Source: an uncultured delta proteobacterium (GTDB taxonomy: Bacteria > Desulfobacterota > Binatia > Binatales > Binataceae). Taken from it: a stretch of DNA of 24,000 bases. Of the stretch, positions 7,831 to 16,544 are shown in pieces (positions within the stretch are counted from its first letter, which is position 1; every line of letters starts with the position of its first letter). The stretch is from the NCBI GenBank assembly GCA_963711565.1, contig CAVQEQ010000003.1, positions 1,335,629 through 1,359,628 on the forward strand. Reading direction: 5' to 3'. Position numbers and translations under genes: made by a program. Below the pieces are notes generated by a model that saw only the letters and a program-made list of their open reading frames with translations, was not told the origin of the DNA and did not search any database.

Positions 7831-8829
7831 ATGGCCCACGACCACACGATTGTTAACACCGACCTGGAAAGCGTTTTCCACTGGGACTACAGCGTCAAGT
7901 TCCCTCAGATGGACCGGCTGTACGAGAACGCCAAGCGCGATCAGTGGAACGTCTCGACCACCATCAACTGGGACCGTCCGATCGAGAAGGAAGTCCTGGA
8001 CATGACGATGATGCCGATGTTCCAGACCGAGCTCTATCGCTCGTTGAGCGACGAGAACAAGTTCCAGCTCGGCCGCAAATTCGCCGCGTGGCGGCTCTCG
8101 CAATTTCTGCACGGCGAGCAGGGCGCGCTGATGGTTTGCGGGCAGTTGGTTGACGCGGTGCCGGACCTCGACGCCAAGATGAACGCGGCGGCGCAGGTCT
8201 TCGACGAGGCGCGTCACGTCGAAGGTTTCCGCAAGTACATCACCAAGCTCGATCGCATCTACCCGATCGATCCCACGCTCGAACGGCTGCTGACCACCGT
8301 CATGGAACACGATCGTTGGGAGCCCAAGTACGTCGGGATGCAGGTCGTGGCCGAGGGGCTGGCCATCGCGGCGTTCCGCTTTATGCAGCGCGAGACCAAG
8401 GACGAGCTGCTCAAGGAGCTGCTCGAGTACATCATGAAAGATGAGGCGCGCCACGTCGGCTTCGGCATGCTCGCGCTGCGCGACGCCGTGACCAAGCTCA
8501 AGGGCAAGGACAAGAAGGACCTCGAGGACTTCGCCTTCGCCGCGTGCGACATGATGGTGACGAAAGTCGTTGACGGCGTGCCCAAGGACGGCTTCCTGTC
8601 GGGCGCGTCGGTGTTCGAGGAAGTGGGCATCTCGATGAAGGACATCGAGGAAGAGATGCATCGCAATCCGGCGTGGGCGGCGGCGGAGAACGACATGGAG
8701 AAGCAGTTCAACTCGTTCCTGTTCGTCGATACGATCATCCCGTGCCTGCGGCAGATCGATCTGATCAACGACCGCACCGAGTCGTGGTACCAGCAGCTCG
8801 GCGTGATGCAGATGGCTTCGGCGGCATAG
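7831..8829 (+). CDS. Ferritin-like (di-iron carboxylate) domain protein
   Basis: Paired ExxH motifs in helices FDEARHVEGF and KDEARHVGFG; ggagg ribosome binding site upstream; follows the TetR gene by 26 bp. Confidence 0.8.
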   Translation: MAHDHTIVNTDLESVFHWDYSVKFPQMDRLYENAKRDQWNVSTTINWDRPIEKEVLDMTMMPMFQTELYRSLSDENKFQLGRKFAAWRLSQFLHGEQGALMVCGQLVDAVPDLDAKMNAAAQVFDEARHVEGFRKYITKLDRIYPIDPTLERLLTTVMEHDRWEPKYVGMQVVAEGLAIAAFRFMQRETKDELLKELLEYIMKDEARHVGFGMLALRDAVTKLKGKDKKDLEDFAFAACDMMVTKVVDGVPKDGFLSGASVFEEVGISMKDIEEEMHRNPAWAAAENDMEKQFNSFLFVDTIIPCLRQIDLINDRTESWYQQLGVMQMASAA

Positions 8830-8856
8830 CTCGCGATTAGCACAGCCAGAATGATG

Positions 8857-8888
8857 AAGGGCCGGTCGTCAACGACCGGCCCTTTTTG
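8857..8888 (+). terminator. Rho-independent terminator after the TetR/ferritin-like operon
   Basis: AAGGGCCGGTCGT (8857-8869), ca, ACGACCGGCCCTT (8872-8884), then TTT G TTT. Confidence 0.85.
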
Positions 8889-9004
8889 TTTTCTAGCGGG
8901 TCGCGCGAAAGGTTGGTTCGCGTTTATTGATTTGCTGTTGTCGAATTGACATTTTGTTTATAGCAGAAGATGACCGGAATAAATTGCAGCGAAGACCAGG
9001 GGGC

Positions 9005-9022
9005 GACAGAATAAATTCCGTC
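9005..9022 (-). repeat. REP-like hairpin upstream of the tyrosine transposase
   Basis: GACAGAATAAATTCCGTC; near-palindromic, and reverse-complementary (one mismatch) to 9493-9510. Confidence 0.7.
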
Positions 9023-9027
9023 CTGCT

Positions 9028-9492
9028 ATGAATCCGTGGAAATCGCCTGAGTTGAGTTTCCGCAGAAGGCACCTGCCGCACCTCGAAGTGCCGAACGCCA
9101 CTTATTTCGTCAGTTTCACTTGTCAATATAGACGCGAGCTGCCGGCCGAAGCGCGGGACCTCCTAATGGCTGAGATTCGATCGTTGGACAAAGACACCAT
9201 CGACCTGGATGCTGCGGTGGTAATGCCCGATCATGCGCATGCGATTTTCCGAGTGATCGGGACGCTCACCCTCACCCAGGTTCTGAAAGGCATCAAAGGC
9301 CGCAGCGCTCACCGGATCAATGAGATCACAGAACGGCAGGGCCAAGTCTGGGCACAGGAAACCTTCGATCACATTGTAAGGAGTGAAGCCGATTGGCAAG
9401 AGAAAATTGAATACGTTCGCCAGAATCCAGTTAAATGGGGATTAGTGTCATCTCCAGAGGAGTACAACTGGCTGTATGTTCGTATCAAGTAG
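9028..9492 (+). mobile_element. IS200-like/REP-associated tyrosine transposase (RAYT), Y1_Tnp family
   Basis: HUH motif VVMPDHAHAIFRV; catalytic Tyr context WQEKIEYVRQNPVKWGLV; N-terminal LPHLEVPNATYFVSFTC; 154 aa; flanked by REP-like hairpins. Confidence 0.9.
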
Positions 9493-9510
9493 GACGGAAT
9501 TTATTCCGTC
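9489..9510 (+). repeat. REP-like hairpin with GTAG foot, overlapping the transposase stop codon
   Basis: GTAG (9489-9492) directly followed by GACGGAAT-TT-ATTCCGTC (perfect 8-bp stem, 9493-9510). Confidence 0.75.
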
Positions 9511-9532
9511 GGAGGCAGTAGAGAGGAGCGAG

Positions 9533-10036
9533 CTACTTCCGGAATTTCGCGAGCGCTGGGCCACTTAGCTTGTAATTCGGCTCGCCGAATTCTTCGTCAA
9601 CGCCGCCGGTCGGCTCGAAGCCCAGGCTCGTGTACAAAGCGGCGGCGTTGGTGTTGGTGCGGAAGCAGGTTAGCTGGACGGCTTGGCATCGGGGATAGCG
9701 GGCGGCGATCATTTTGAGCACCTTGACCATCGCGGCGCGGCCGTAACCTTTGCCCTGATGCTCCGCGGCGATCATGATGTCGTCGATCCAGTAGTTCTCG
9801 GGGCTGTTCGGATCGCAAACCGTTGTCGCGTAGCCGACTATCTCGTCGCCGGCGCGGATCAGATGCGGCAGATGCTCGAAGTTGTCGCCGAACAGACGCA
9901 CGTAGCATCGCGCGAGCGTCCATCGCGGCGGCGTGACGTAAGTGTGCTGCTCGGGCCGAAGCTCCATCCTGAACAGCTTGCGAAAATTGTTCCGATCGAT
10001 CGGCTCGAGAACTATTTCGTGATCGGTCTTCTTCAT
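9533..10036 (-). CDS. GNAT-family N-acetyltransferase
   Basis: Acetyl-CoA-binding motif IMIAAEHQGKGYGRAAMVKVLKMI and C-terminal TNTNAAALYTSLGFEPTG. Confidence 0.88.
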   Translation of the reverse strand: MKKTDHEIVLEPIDRNNFRKLFRMELRPEQHTYVTPPRWTLARCYVRLFGDNFEHLPHLIRAGDEIVGYATTVCDPNSPENYWIDDIMIAAEHQGKGYGRAAMVKVLKMIAARYPRCQAVQLTCFRTNTNAAALYTSLGFEPTGGVDEEFGEPNYKLSGPALAKFRK

Positions 10037-11640
10037 GATTGCACGTGCAGAAAAATGTCGCGGGCGTGCTCGTCGCTGATGCGCTTGACTGACGTGATTC
10101 GATCGGCGAATTGCGCCAGCGACAACGTCTCCGCCGAGCCCACGTCAACCAGCACTGCGAAGATCGAAAAGTCCAGCTCGTCTTTGCGCCCACGTAAACG
10201 CGCCAGCCAATCCGGACTGACCTGCGACTCGCCGTCGGTGATAATCACGATGTCGCCGCGCTTGAGTTTCTTTTCGCCGAGCAGTTCGACCGCAGCGTCG
10301 ATTGGACTCTCGAAGTCGGTGCCGCCGCCGGGAAAGTACTCGGCCATCTCGACGACCTTGTTCAGGTCCGGCGCGTAGCGCCGCTCGCGATTCAGGTCGA
10401 GCACCTTGAGGCTCACGTCGCCCGACGAAAACATGACGGCGCGAAACAGCCGGCGCTGGCGGCGCGCGATATCCATCAGCGTCAGCGCGACCGCCTTCGA
10501 CCACATCTCCTTGTCGCCCTGCATCGAGGAGCTCACGTCGATACACACGACCATCGGCCCTTTGCCCTTCTGCTCGTCGTCGCGCAGGCGGTACTGAAGT
10601 ACGGTGCCTTCGAGCACGCGGCGATGGAAGTCGCGCTTGAGCACGGGATGATGCATCGCGAGCAGCTCGGCGGGAATCAGGCGTCCGAGCTCGGCGCCGA
10701 GCTCGATGTCGTAAGCCTCGGCGACGCCGCGTTCGAGCGTTTTGCGCTTGAGAGCGCGCGCGTCCTGCTTAAACCGCCCGACCATCCGCGCCAGCTCGCC
10801 GAGTTTCTTGTTGCGCGCGAGGCGCCGCCCGAGTTCGAGGCGCGCACCGGCCGCGACGCGTCCGCCTTGTCCGAATTCGCGGCTGAAGTCATGACTGTCC
10901 TCGGCTGCCTGATCGATTTCCGCGGCCAGCTCGCCGGTCCTGAGCTGCATGCGTTTGAGGGCGGTCTGATCGGCGCCCTTGAGTTGAGTCTCGAACTGCC
11001 GCGACTTCTGATTGAGCCGCGCTTCGGACACTTTGGCCGCGCGCTCGGCCGCGTCGGCCATCTCGGTCAGCTCTTTCTTAGTCGCCTGATCTTTTCCTTC
11101 GCCCGATTCATCCTCGCCCTGTTGCGATTCCTGCATCTCGTTGACGGCTTTCACTGCTTCGGCGCGCGCTTCGAGATCCTGCTCCTGCCGCGCGAGGTTC
11201 CACAGATCGAGCATCTCGTTGCGATTGATCAGCTTTTCGGACTTCATCATCTCGAGCGCATGCTCGCTCATCACGATCGCGGCAATCGCGGCCTTGTCTT
11301 CTTCGAGGGCGGTGCGCGAGCGCAGCGCCTGGAACGGCGCCGACGGGACGATTTGCTCGAGGATCGTGCGGTTGAGCGCGGCCGCGAGGCGCACGTCGCC
11401 GGATTTGCGCATCACAGGGTTCATCTTGAACAGCGCCAGGAACATGTCCTGCACCAGCGCGCCGAAATGGGGCACCAGCCGCTCGCCCGATTCGGCGAGG
11501 TCGGCGATCGACGGCGCGTCGGCGACGATTTCATTCCAAGTGCGCCGATCGTAGCTGTCGCTCTCGAACCACGACGCGTTGGCAGGCACGACCGGCACGT
11601 ACATGCGTCGCGGCTTGACGATTTTGGCTTTGCGCGCCAT
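10033..11640 (-). CDS. VWA-domain protein (ViaA/CoxE-like)
   Basis: MIDAS motif CIDVSSSMQG, PGGGTDFESP, IVIITDGE; long charged alpha-helical N-terminal region. Stop overlaps the GNAT start (ATGA). Confidence 0.8.
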   Translation of the reverse strand: MARKAKIVKPRRMYVPVVPANASWFESDSYDRRTWNEIVADAPSIADLAESGERLVPHFGALVQDMFLALFKMNPVMRKSGDVRLAAALNRTILEQIVPSAPFQALRSRTALEEDKAAIAAIVMSEHALEMMKSEKLINRNEMLDLWNLARQEQDLEARAEAVKAVNEMQESQQGEDESGEGKDQATKKELTEMADAAERAAKVSEARLNQKSRQFETQLKGADQTALKRMQLRTGELAAEIDQAAEDSHDFSREFGQGGRVAAGARLELGRRLARNKKLGELARMVGRFKQDARALKRKTLERGVAEAYDIELGAELGRLIPAELLAMHHPVLKRDFHRRVLEGTVLQYRLRDDEQKGKGPMVVCIDVSSSMQGDKEMWSKAVALTLMDIARRQRRLFRAVMFSSGDVSLKVLDLNRERRYAPDLNKVVEMAEYFPGGGTDFESPIDAAVELLGEKKLKRGDIVIITDGESQVSPDWLARLRGRKDELDFSIFAVLVDVGSAETLSLAQFADRITSVKRISDEHARDIFLHVQS

Positions 11641-11764
11641 CGGGATCGATCCTACGTCAGTAAAAACCCGCTCGCCATCGCCATTGCGTCACGATGGTCC
11701 TTGAATGTATCGCTGTATCGGTAACAGAATTGTAACAAGGGTGCGCACGCGACCCGCCAACTAG

Positions 11765-12802
11765 ATGACGCAGGAATCGAACACGCTCTCGAACCGCCAG
11801 CACGCGCTGGTCCTCGCGGCCGTGCAGGAATTCATCTCGACTGCCGAGCCGGTGGGATCGGCGCAGATCGTCGCGCGCCATCAGCTTGGCGTGCGCGCCG
11901 CGATGGTCCGCAACATGATGGCCGAGCTCGAGGACGGCGGTTACCTGCGCCAGCCGCATACGTCGGCCGGCCGCGTGCCGACCGAGAAGGCGTTTCGCTA
12001 CTATGTCGATCATCTGGCCGCGGCGACGCGAATCGGCTTCGAGGATCGCGCGCAGATTGAGCTCCACTACTCAAACGCCGTGCGCAACCTCGGCGAAGTC
12101 CTGCGCGACACGCCGCGCCTGCTTTCGATTCTGACTGGGCAAGCGGCGCTGGTGATGGCGCCGCGGCTGGAAACCTCGATCCTCGAGCGCGTCAATTTCG
12201 TGCGCCTGCGCGACAACCAGGTACTGGCGGTTTTCGTCGCGTCGAAAGGCGCGATGCAGAATCGAATCGTCGATACCGAGCGCGACCATTCGCAGGACGA
12301 GCTCGATCGCATGGCGCGCTACCTCAACGAGTCGCTCGAAGGACGCACGCTCGACGAGGCGCGCCGGTGGATCGAGGCGCAACTGCGCGAGGAGCGCGCC
12401 AACTACGATCGTTTCATGCACGACGCGCTGGCGCTCGGCGAGGCGCTGGCTGATTACGTCGGGCGTGCGGAGTTGTACGTTGAGGGCAGCCTGCAGGCGC
12501 TCGAGCAGCCGGAGTTTTCGGATCGCGGCAAAATGCGCGAGCTGCTGCGCGCGCTCGACGACAAAACCGCGCTGCTCGAACTGCTCGAGCGCAGCCTGAC
12601 TAACGCCGGCCTGACCGTGTCGATCGGCTCGGAGAACTACGACCCGCGCCTGTCGTCGTTGAGCGTGGTCGCTGCGTCGTACGCCAGCGGCTCGAGCGCG
12701 CTGGGCAGCCTCGCGATAGTCGGTCCGGTGCGGATGGACTACGACCGCGTCATCCCTCTCGTCGAGTACACGGCGCGCGCCTTGTCGCGGCTGATGGATT
12801 GA
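11765..12802 (+). CDS. hrcA: Heat-inducible transcription repressor HrcA
   Basis: LSNRQHALVLAAVQEFISTAEPVGSAQIV...VRAAMVRNMMAELEDGGYLRQPHTSAGRVPTEKAFRYYVDHL; C-terminal region ending LAIVGPVRMDYDRVIPLVEYTARALSRLM. Confidence 0.95.
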   Translation: MTQESNTLSNRQHALVLAAVQEFISTAEPVGSAQIVARHQLGVRAAMVRNMMAELEDGGYLRQPHTSAGRVPTEKAFRYYVDHLAAATRIGFEDRAQIELHYSNAVRNLGEVLRDTPRLLSILTGQAALVMAPRLETSILERVNFVRLRDNQVLAVFVASKGAMQNRIVDTERDHSQDELDRMARYLNESLEGRTLDEARRWIEAQLREERANYDRFMHDALALGEALADYVGRAELYVEGSLQALEQPEFSDRGKMRELLRALDDKTALLELLERSLTNAGLTVSIGSENYDPRLSSLSVVAASYASGSSALGSLAIVGPVRMDYDRVIPLVEYTARALSRLMD

Positions 12803-12813
12803 CTCAATTGAAT

Positions 12814-12836
12814 GTGAAACCCGCGGTGGGTTTCAC
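12814..12836 (+). other. Stem-loop 3' of hrcA (possible weak terminator)
   Basis: GTGAAACCC-gcggt-GGGTTTCAC, no strong U-tract; a second palindrome GCAGGGGT-g-ACCCCTGC follows at 12847-12863. Confidence 0.5.
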
Positions 12837-13000
12837 GCTTCCTTCGGCAGGGGTGACCCCTGCACCCAGTATCAAGAAACTCATGCAGTCACGCCAGTTT
12901 TTTCGCTCTGAGCATTAGCCATACTGACGTAACTGTGCTAAATAATTTATCTTAAGACTCCCGGCACCTGCGGCCATTCCGAGTTAGGGAGGTGGCTTTT

Positions 13001-13219
13001 ATGGAACGGGTTGAAGTGGTTGGCGGCAATGTTTTCGTGATTCGGACGCGTCAGTTGAGTCCCGACTGGTGGTGCTGCGACCTTTACGAGCGAGTCGAAA
13101 CGGACGCCGGCGTCGAGGCATTCGTGCTCGAGGATTTCGGCCAATCGGAAATCGAGGCAATCGGGATGGCGCTGAGCGACGCGCACGAGCCCAACCACGT
13201 CCAGCATCACCACCACTGA
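13001..13219 (+). CDS. Small hypothetical protein with C-terminal His-rich tail
   Basis: ATG at 13001 preceded by gggaggtgg; protein MERVEVVGGNVFVIRTRQLSPDWWCCDLYERVE...NHVQHHHH. The track start 12992 is probably too early. Confidence 0.55.
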   Translation: MERVEVVGGNVFVIRTRQLSPDWWCCDLYERVETDAGVEAFVLEDFGQSEIEAIGMALSDAHEPNHVQHHHH

Positions 13220-13237
13220 TTCGCGCCGCGCCGAACT

Positions 13238-14959
13238 TCAAACTTTCCCTGCCGACGGCAATATTTTCTGCCGCTCGTAATCAGCAGTAACAGTCTCGAT
13301 TGAGTCCGCCTGATCGGGCGACTTGTCGTCGCGGATGCGCACGATTCGCGCGAATCGCAGCGCCATCCCCGCGTCGTAATTCGGGCTGCGCTGGATATCA
13401 TTATACGCGACCTCGACGACGACCTCCGGGCGCACTGTCACAACGCCGCGCGACTCGGCCGTCTTGAGCGCGAGCAGCCGTTCGGTGATCGCGCGGAATT
13501 GTTCGTCGCTGAGACCCTTGAACGTTTTGCCGAGCATCGCGAACCCGCCATTCTTCGGGTCGCGCGCGGCGAGATGGTAGTTCGACAGCCATCCGTGTCG
13601 GCGACCGTAACCCCACTCCGCCGCGACAATCACGAGGTCCAGCGTGTGCGTATGCTTTATCTTGAGCCATCCGCGGCCGCGCGCGCCGGGCGTGTACGCA
13701 CTCGCGAGCGACTTCGCCATCACGCCTTCGTATCCGGCAGCGACGGCGTCGGCGTAAAATTTCTCGGCGTCGGCGAGATTCGGCTTGATGATGCGCTCGA
13801 CGATTTCCAGGCCGGCCGATGACCGCAACTCCTCGAGCATGGAAATTCTATCCGCCCACGGGCGATCGATCGTAAGCGCGCCGTCGAGCGCGAGCACGTC
13901 GAACACATAGAGCTTCAACGGCTGTTCGGCGCGCGCTTTGTCAACGTCGCGCGTGCGTCCAAACCGGCGCATCAGATCCTGAAATGCGGCCGGACGCCCC
14001 GACGCGTCAACGCCGATCACCTCGCCGTCGAGGATAGCGTGGCTGGCGCCGATTCGATTCACGAGCTCGACCACGTCGGGGATGCTCTCGGTGATCTCGT
14101 TGAGCCGGCGCGAGAAGATTCGTACATCGCCGTCGGCCGCATGATGTATCTGCACGCGCGCACCGTCGAGTTTGTGCTCGAACGATAGTTCGGGGCCGAG
14201 CGTGGCGAATGCTTCCGCAACATCGGCGACCGGAAAGGCCAGCATCGGCTTGAGCGGCTTGACGGCGCGCGGACTCGTCGCAGAGCCGGCAGCGGCGGAC
14301 TTTTCCGCGCCGGGCGAGCGAATCATCCGCACCACGCGGCCGAGGTCGGCCTCGAGCATGTGAATCCGGCGCACTTCGGTGACCGGCCGCGCGCCCATCC
14401 GAGCAATCGCCTCGAGCATCAGCCCTTCGCTGACGCCGTGGCGCATCTCGCCGATAAGAATCTTCGCGATGTACTTACCTTCGAATGCCGACGCACGCGT
14501 GAACAGCTCGCGCAGCGCGTCGAGCTTGCGGTTACGCGCGTGGCGTCCCTCGATCGCGGCAATCTCGGTGAATTTTTGGTTGAGCTCGCGAATCGTAAGC
14601 GTCGGCTCGGGATCGGCGGCGCGAAGCTTGAGCGTCATCTCGATCGCCTCGCCAAAATCTTCGGCGGCGGTGAAGATGTCCTCGCCCTGGTCGGCGCTGT
14701 CGGTCATCTCGGCAACGATTTTCCAGACTGCGCGACCGCTAATCTGGAGGCGCTTTTCCTCGCCCTGCTCGACCGCGCGGCCGACCATGAAGCGCGCCGC
14801 GATTCCAGCTTCGTCAACGTCGAGCGCGGCGAGGAACGTGCCGACCGTCTCGGCCATCTGCACCCGGCTCTGAGTCTGGCTGAGCGACTGGCAGACGACC
14901 GCGAAATCGTAAAACGAAGGCACGTACGAGATTAATCCCGCCCGCCCCGCGTTGCGCAA
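13238..14959 (-). CDS. ATP-dependent DNA ligase (LigB/archaeal-type domain layout)
   Basis: Nucleotidyltransferase motif I ELSFEHKLDGARVQIH; AILDGEVIG; GYEGVMAKSLASAYTPGARGRGWLKIK; C-terminal OB-fold-like region. Start uncertain: TTG 14959 or in-frame GTG 14923. Confidence 0.93.
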   Translation of the reverse strand: MRNAGRAGLISYVPSFYDFAVVCQSLSQTQSRVQMAETVGTFLAALDVDEAGIAARFMVGRAVEQGEEKRLQISGRAVWKIVAEMTDSADQGEDIFTAAEDFGEAIEMTLKLRAADPEPTLTIRELNQKFTEIAAIEGRHARNRKLDALRELFTRASAFEGKYIAKILIGEMRHGVSEGLMLEAIARMGARPVTEVRRIHMLEADLGRVVRMIRSPGAEKSAAAGSATSPRAVKPLKPMLAFPVADVAEAFATLGPELSFEHKLDGARVQIHHAADGDVRIFSRRLNEITESIPDVVELVNRIGASHAILDGEVIGVDASGRPAAFQDLMRRFGRTRDVDKARAEQPLKLYVFDVLALDGALTIDRPWADRISMLEELRSSAGLEIVERIIKPNLADAEKFYADAVAAGYEGVMAKSLASAYTPGARGRGWLKIKHTHTLDLVIVAAEWGYGRRHGWLSNYHLAARDPKNGGFAMLGKTFKGLSDEQFRAITERLLALKTAESRGVVTVRPEVVVEVAYNDIQRSPNYDAGMALRFARIVRIRDDKSPDQADSIETVTADYERQKILPSAGKV

Positions 14960-15035
14960 GCGGCCGCGTAGCGTTCTTCAGGAACCAACATCGCAACGAT
15001 GCCGGGAGGCGACAGGGCCTACGGTGATCTCCTCC

Positions 15036-16544
15036 TTAGAAGAAGGACGCCTGTCGAGAGTGGTGAGGCGCGGCGGCGACAAATTGCTCATAGTCCTGTT
15101 CACGTCCGAGCATAGCCGCAAGCTTGTGGAGACTAAGGCGATGTAGAACTTCGACCGTAATAGGACGCTTCTCATCCCAATGAATCATGGAATGAAGAAA
15201 TCCTTGCGCCGGTTCAGAGTGAAGCAAGGCTTCGACAAAGCAGGCTTCTTCTTCCGACCAGCACGGCAGGAAGTAAATAGTGTCGTCGAAGACAACAGGA
15301 CGGCCTCTGACTGGGCCAACCTTCACGAAGCAGAGCTTCTTGTAGAAGCCGGAGATAGCGATTTTCCACGGTGCGAAAGTGTAGGGTCCGACCCCAAAAA
15401 CCGAGAAGGCAGGCTTGTTCTTATAGATGGAACTTCCGCGCTTATGGAGTAGCGCAGCATGCCGTTTGAGATAATTCCATGTTTCTGGCGCCTTCATCCG
15501 AATATGGCTGGTATCGTCGCCGACGCGCTCTTGAGTAACCACCATCACGCGCCGACATCTGATCCGGCCGTTGCCTATGTCAGAGCTTTTCAGCATCGGG
15601 AATAAGATGGCATCTTCGAGCGCCACAGTTTCACCCAGACCGTTTTGATAGCCCTGAGAGATTGTGTTGGTGAGCTCCATAACCTTGGAGCAGTCATGCT
15701 TGATACCGGAACGCCAGACATAGCGATTTTCCGGCCCGAGAAGGTCACGGTACTTCTTGAACGCCGCAACATCAGAGATGATCTGGCCATCGAGGAAGCC
15801 GATTGTGCGCGAGCAGGCTTCAGACTCGAGGGTATCAAAAATGTCGCAGCTGAGAGTTTGGGCCTTGGGTTCGATTTCAAGGACGAAAAAGCACGCATCG
15901 ACTGCCGCTCCGAAATGCTCAAGGGCATCAATCTCATAGATCCGGGCAGAGCGGAGCGAGTCCCCACCCTTTCCCCATACGTGCAGCAGTATCTTGCGAG
16001 CGACCGCCGTTTTGCAGAGCACCGCAATCGCACCAGCTTTGCCTTCCAGCCAATCCAGGTAGCGAAGGATCATCCACTCGGAGATGTCGAAGTTACTCTT
16101 TCCAGTTATAGCCTCGATTCCTTGTCGCCCCTGGAAGTTGGACTTTGCCGGCAGATTGTCGCTTTCGATAGCGCTCAGATTTGAATTCGTGACCCAAGGT
16201 GGATTGCCGACGATGAGCCAAGGCTCCCCAACCTCGGTGACGACGCTCGTCCAATCAACCTTGAAAAAGTTCCCATGCCTCATCTCGACGCCGCGTCCAT
16301 TTGTAGCCACATTGGAGGCGATATACTCACGATTGATGTCGATGCCAATGATCGATTGGGCATCGGGGAAGATGGCAGTGGCGGCGGCGATGAACGCTCC
16401 TCGCCCACAGGTCGGCTCCAGGATCGAACGCGGTCGAATGCCCAGGTGGTGGAGGACCCGAGTAGCGGCTAGCGCGAGCGCTGGAGGCGTCTGGAAGTCC
16501 CCGAACTCCGTGACAGCCCTGCTTTTGCGTTCTTTGACCGCCAT
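15036..16544 (-). CDS. Gamma-class N6-adenine DNA methyltransferase (type II RM)
   Basis: FGDFQTPPALALAATRVL (motif X-like), ILEPTCGRGAFIAAA (motif I), IVGNPPWVTNSN (motif IV NPPW), C-terminal putative target-recognition region. Start MAVKERK at 16544 overlaps the upstream stop (TGATG). Confidence 0.87.
   Translation of the reverse strand: MAVKERKSRAVTEFGDFQTPPALALAATRVLHHLGIRPRSILEPTCGRGAFIAAATAIFPDAQSIIGIDINREYIASNVATNGRGVEMRHGNFFKVDWTSVVTEVGEPWLIVGNPPWVTNSNLSAIESDNLPAKSNFQGRQGIEAITGKSNFDISEWMILRYLDWLEGKAGAIAVLCKTAVARKILLHVWGKGGDSLRSARIYEIDALEHFGAAVDACFFVLEIEPKAQTLSCDIFDTLESEACSRTIGFLDGQIISDVAAFKKYRDLLGPENRYVWRSGIKHDCSKVMELTNTISQGYQNGLGETVALEDAILFPMLKSSDIGNGRIRCRRVMVVTQERVGDDTSHIRMKAPETWNYLKRHAALLHKRGSSIYKNKPAFSVFGVGPYTFAPWKIAISGFYKKLCFVKVGPVRGRPVVFDDTIYFLPCWSEEEACFVEALLHSEPAQGFLHSMIHWDEKRPITVEVLHRLSLHKLAAMLGREQDYEQFVAAAPHHSRQASFF

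Noticed and set aside
7726-8661. 311-aa minus-strand ORF
   Set aside because: Antisense to the ferritin-like gene, with His/Leu/Glu-biased shadow translation.
10624-11724. 366-aa plus-strand ORF
   Set aside because: Antisense to the VWA gene; no domain recognised.
14360-14935. 191-aa plus-strand ORF
   Set aside because: Antisense to the ATP-dependent DNA ligase.
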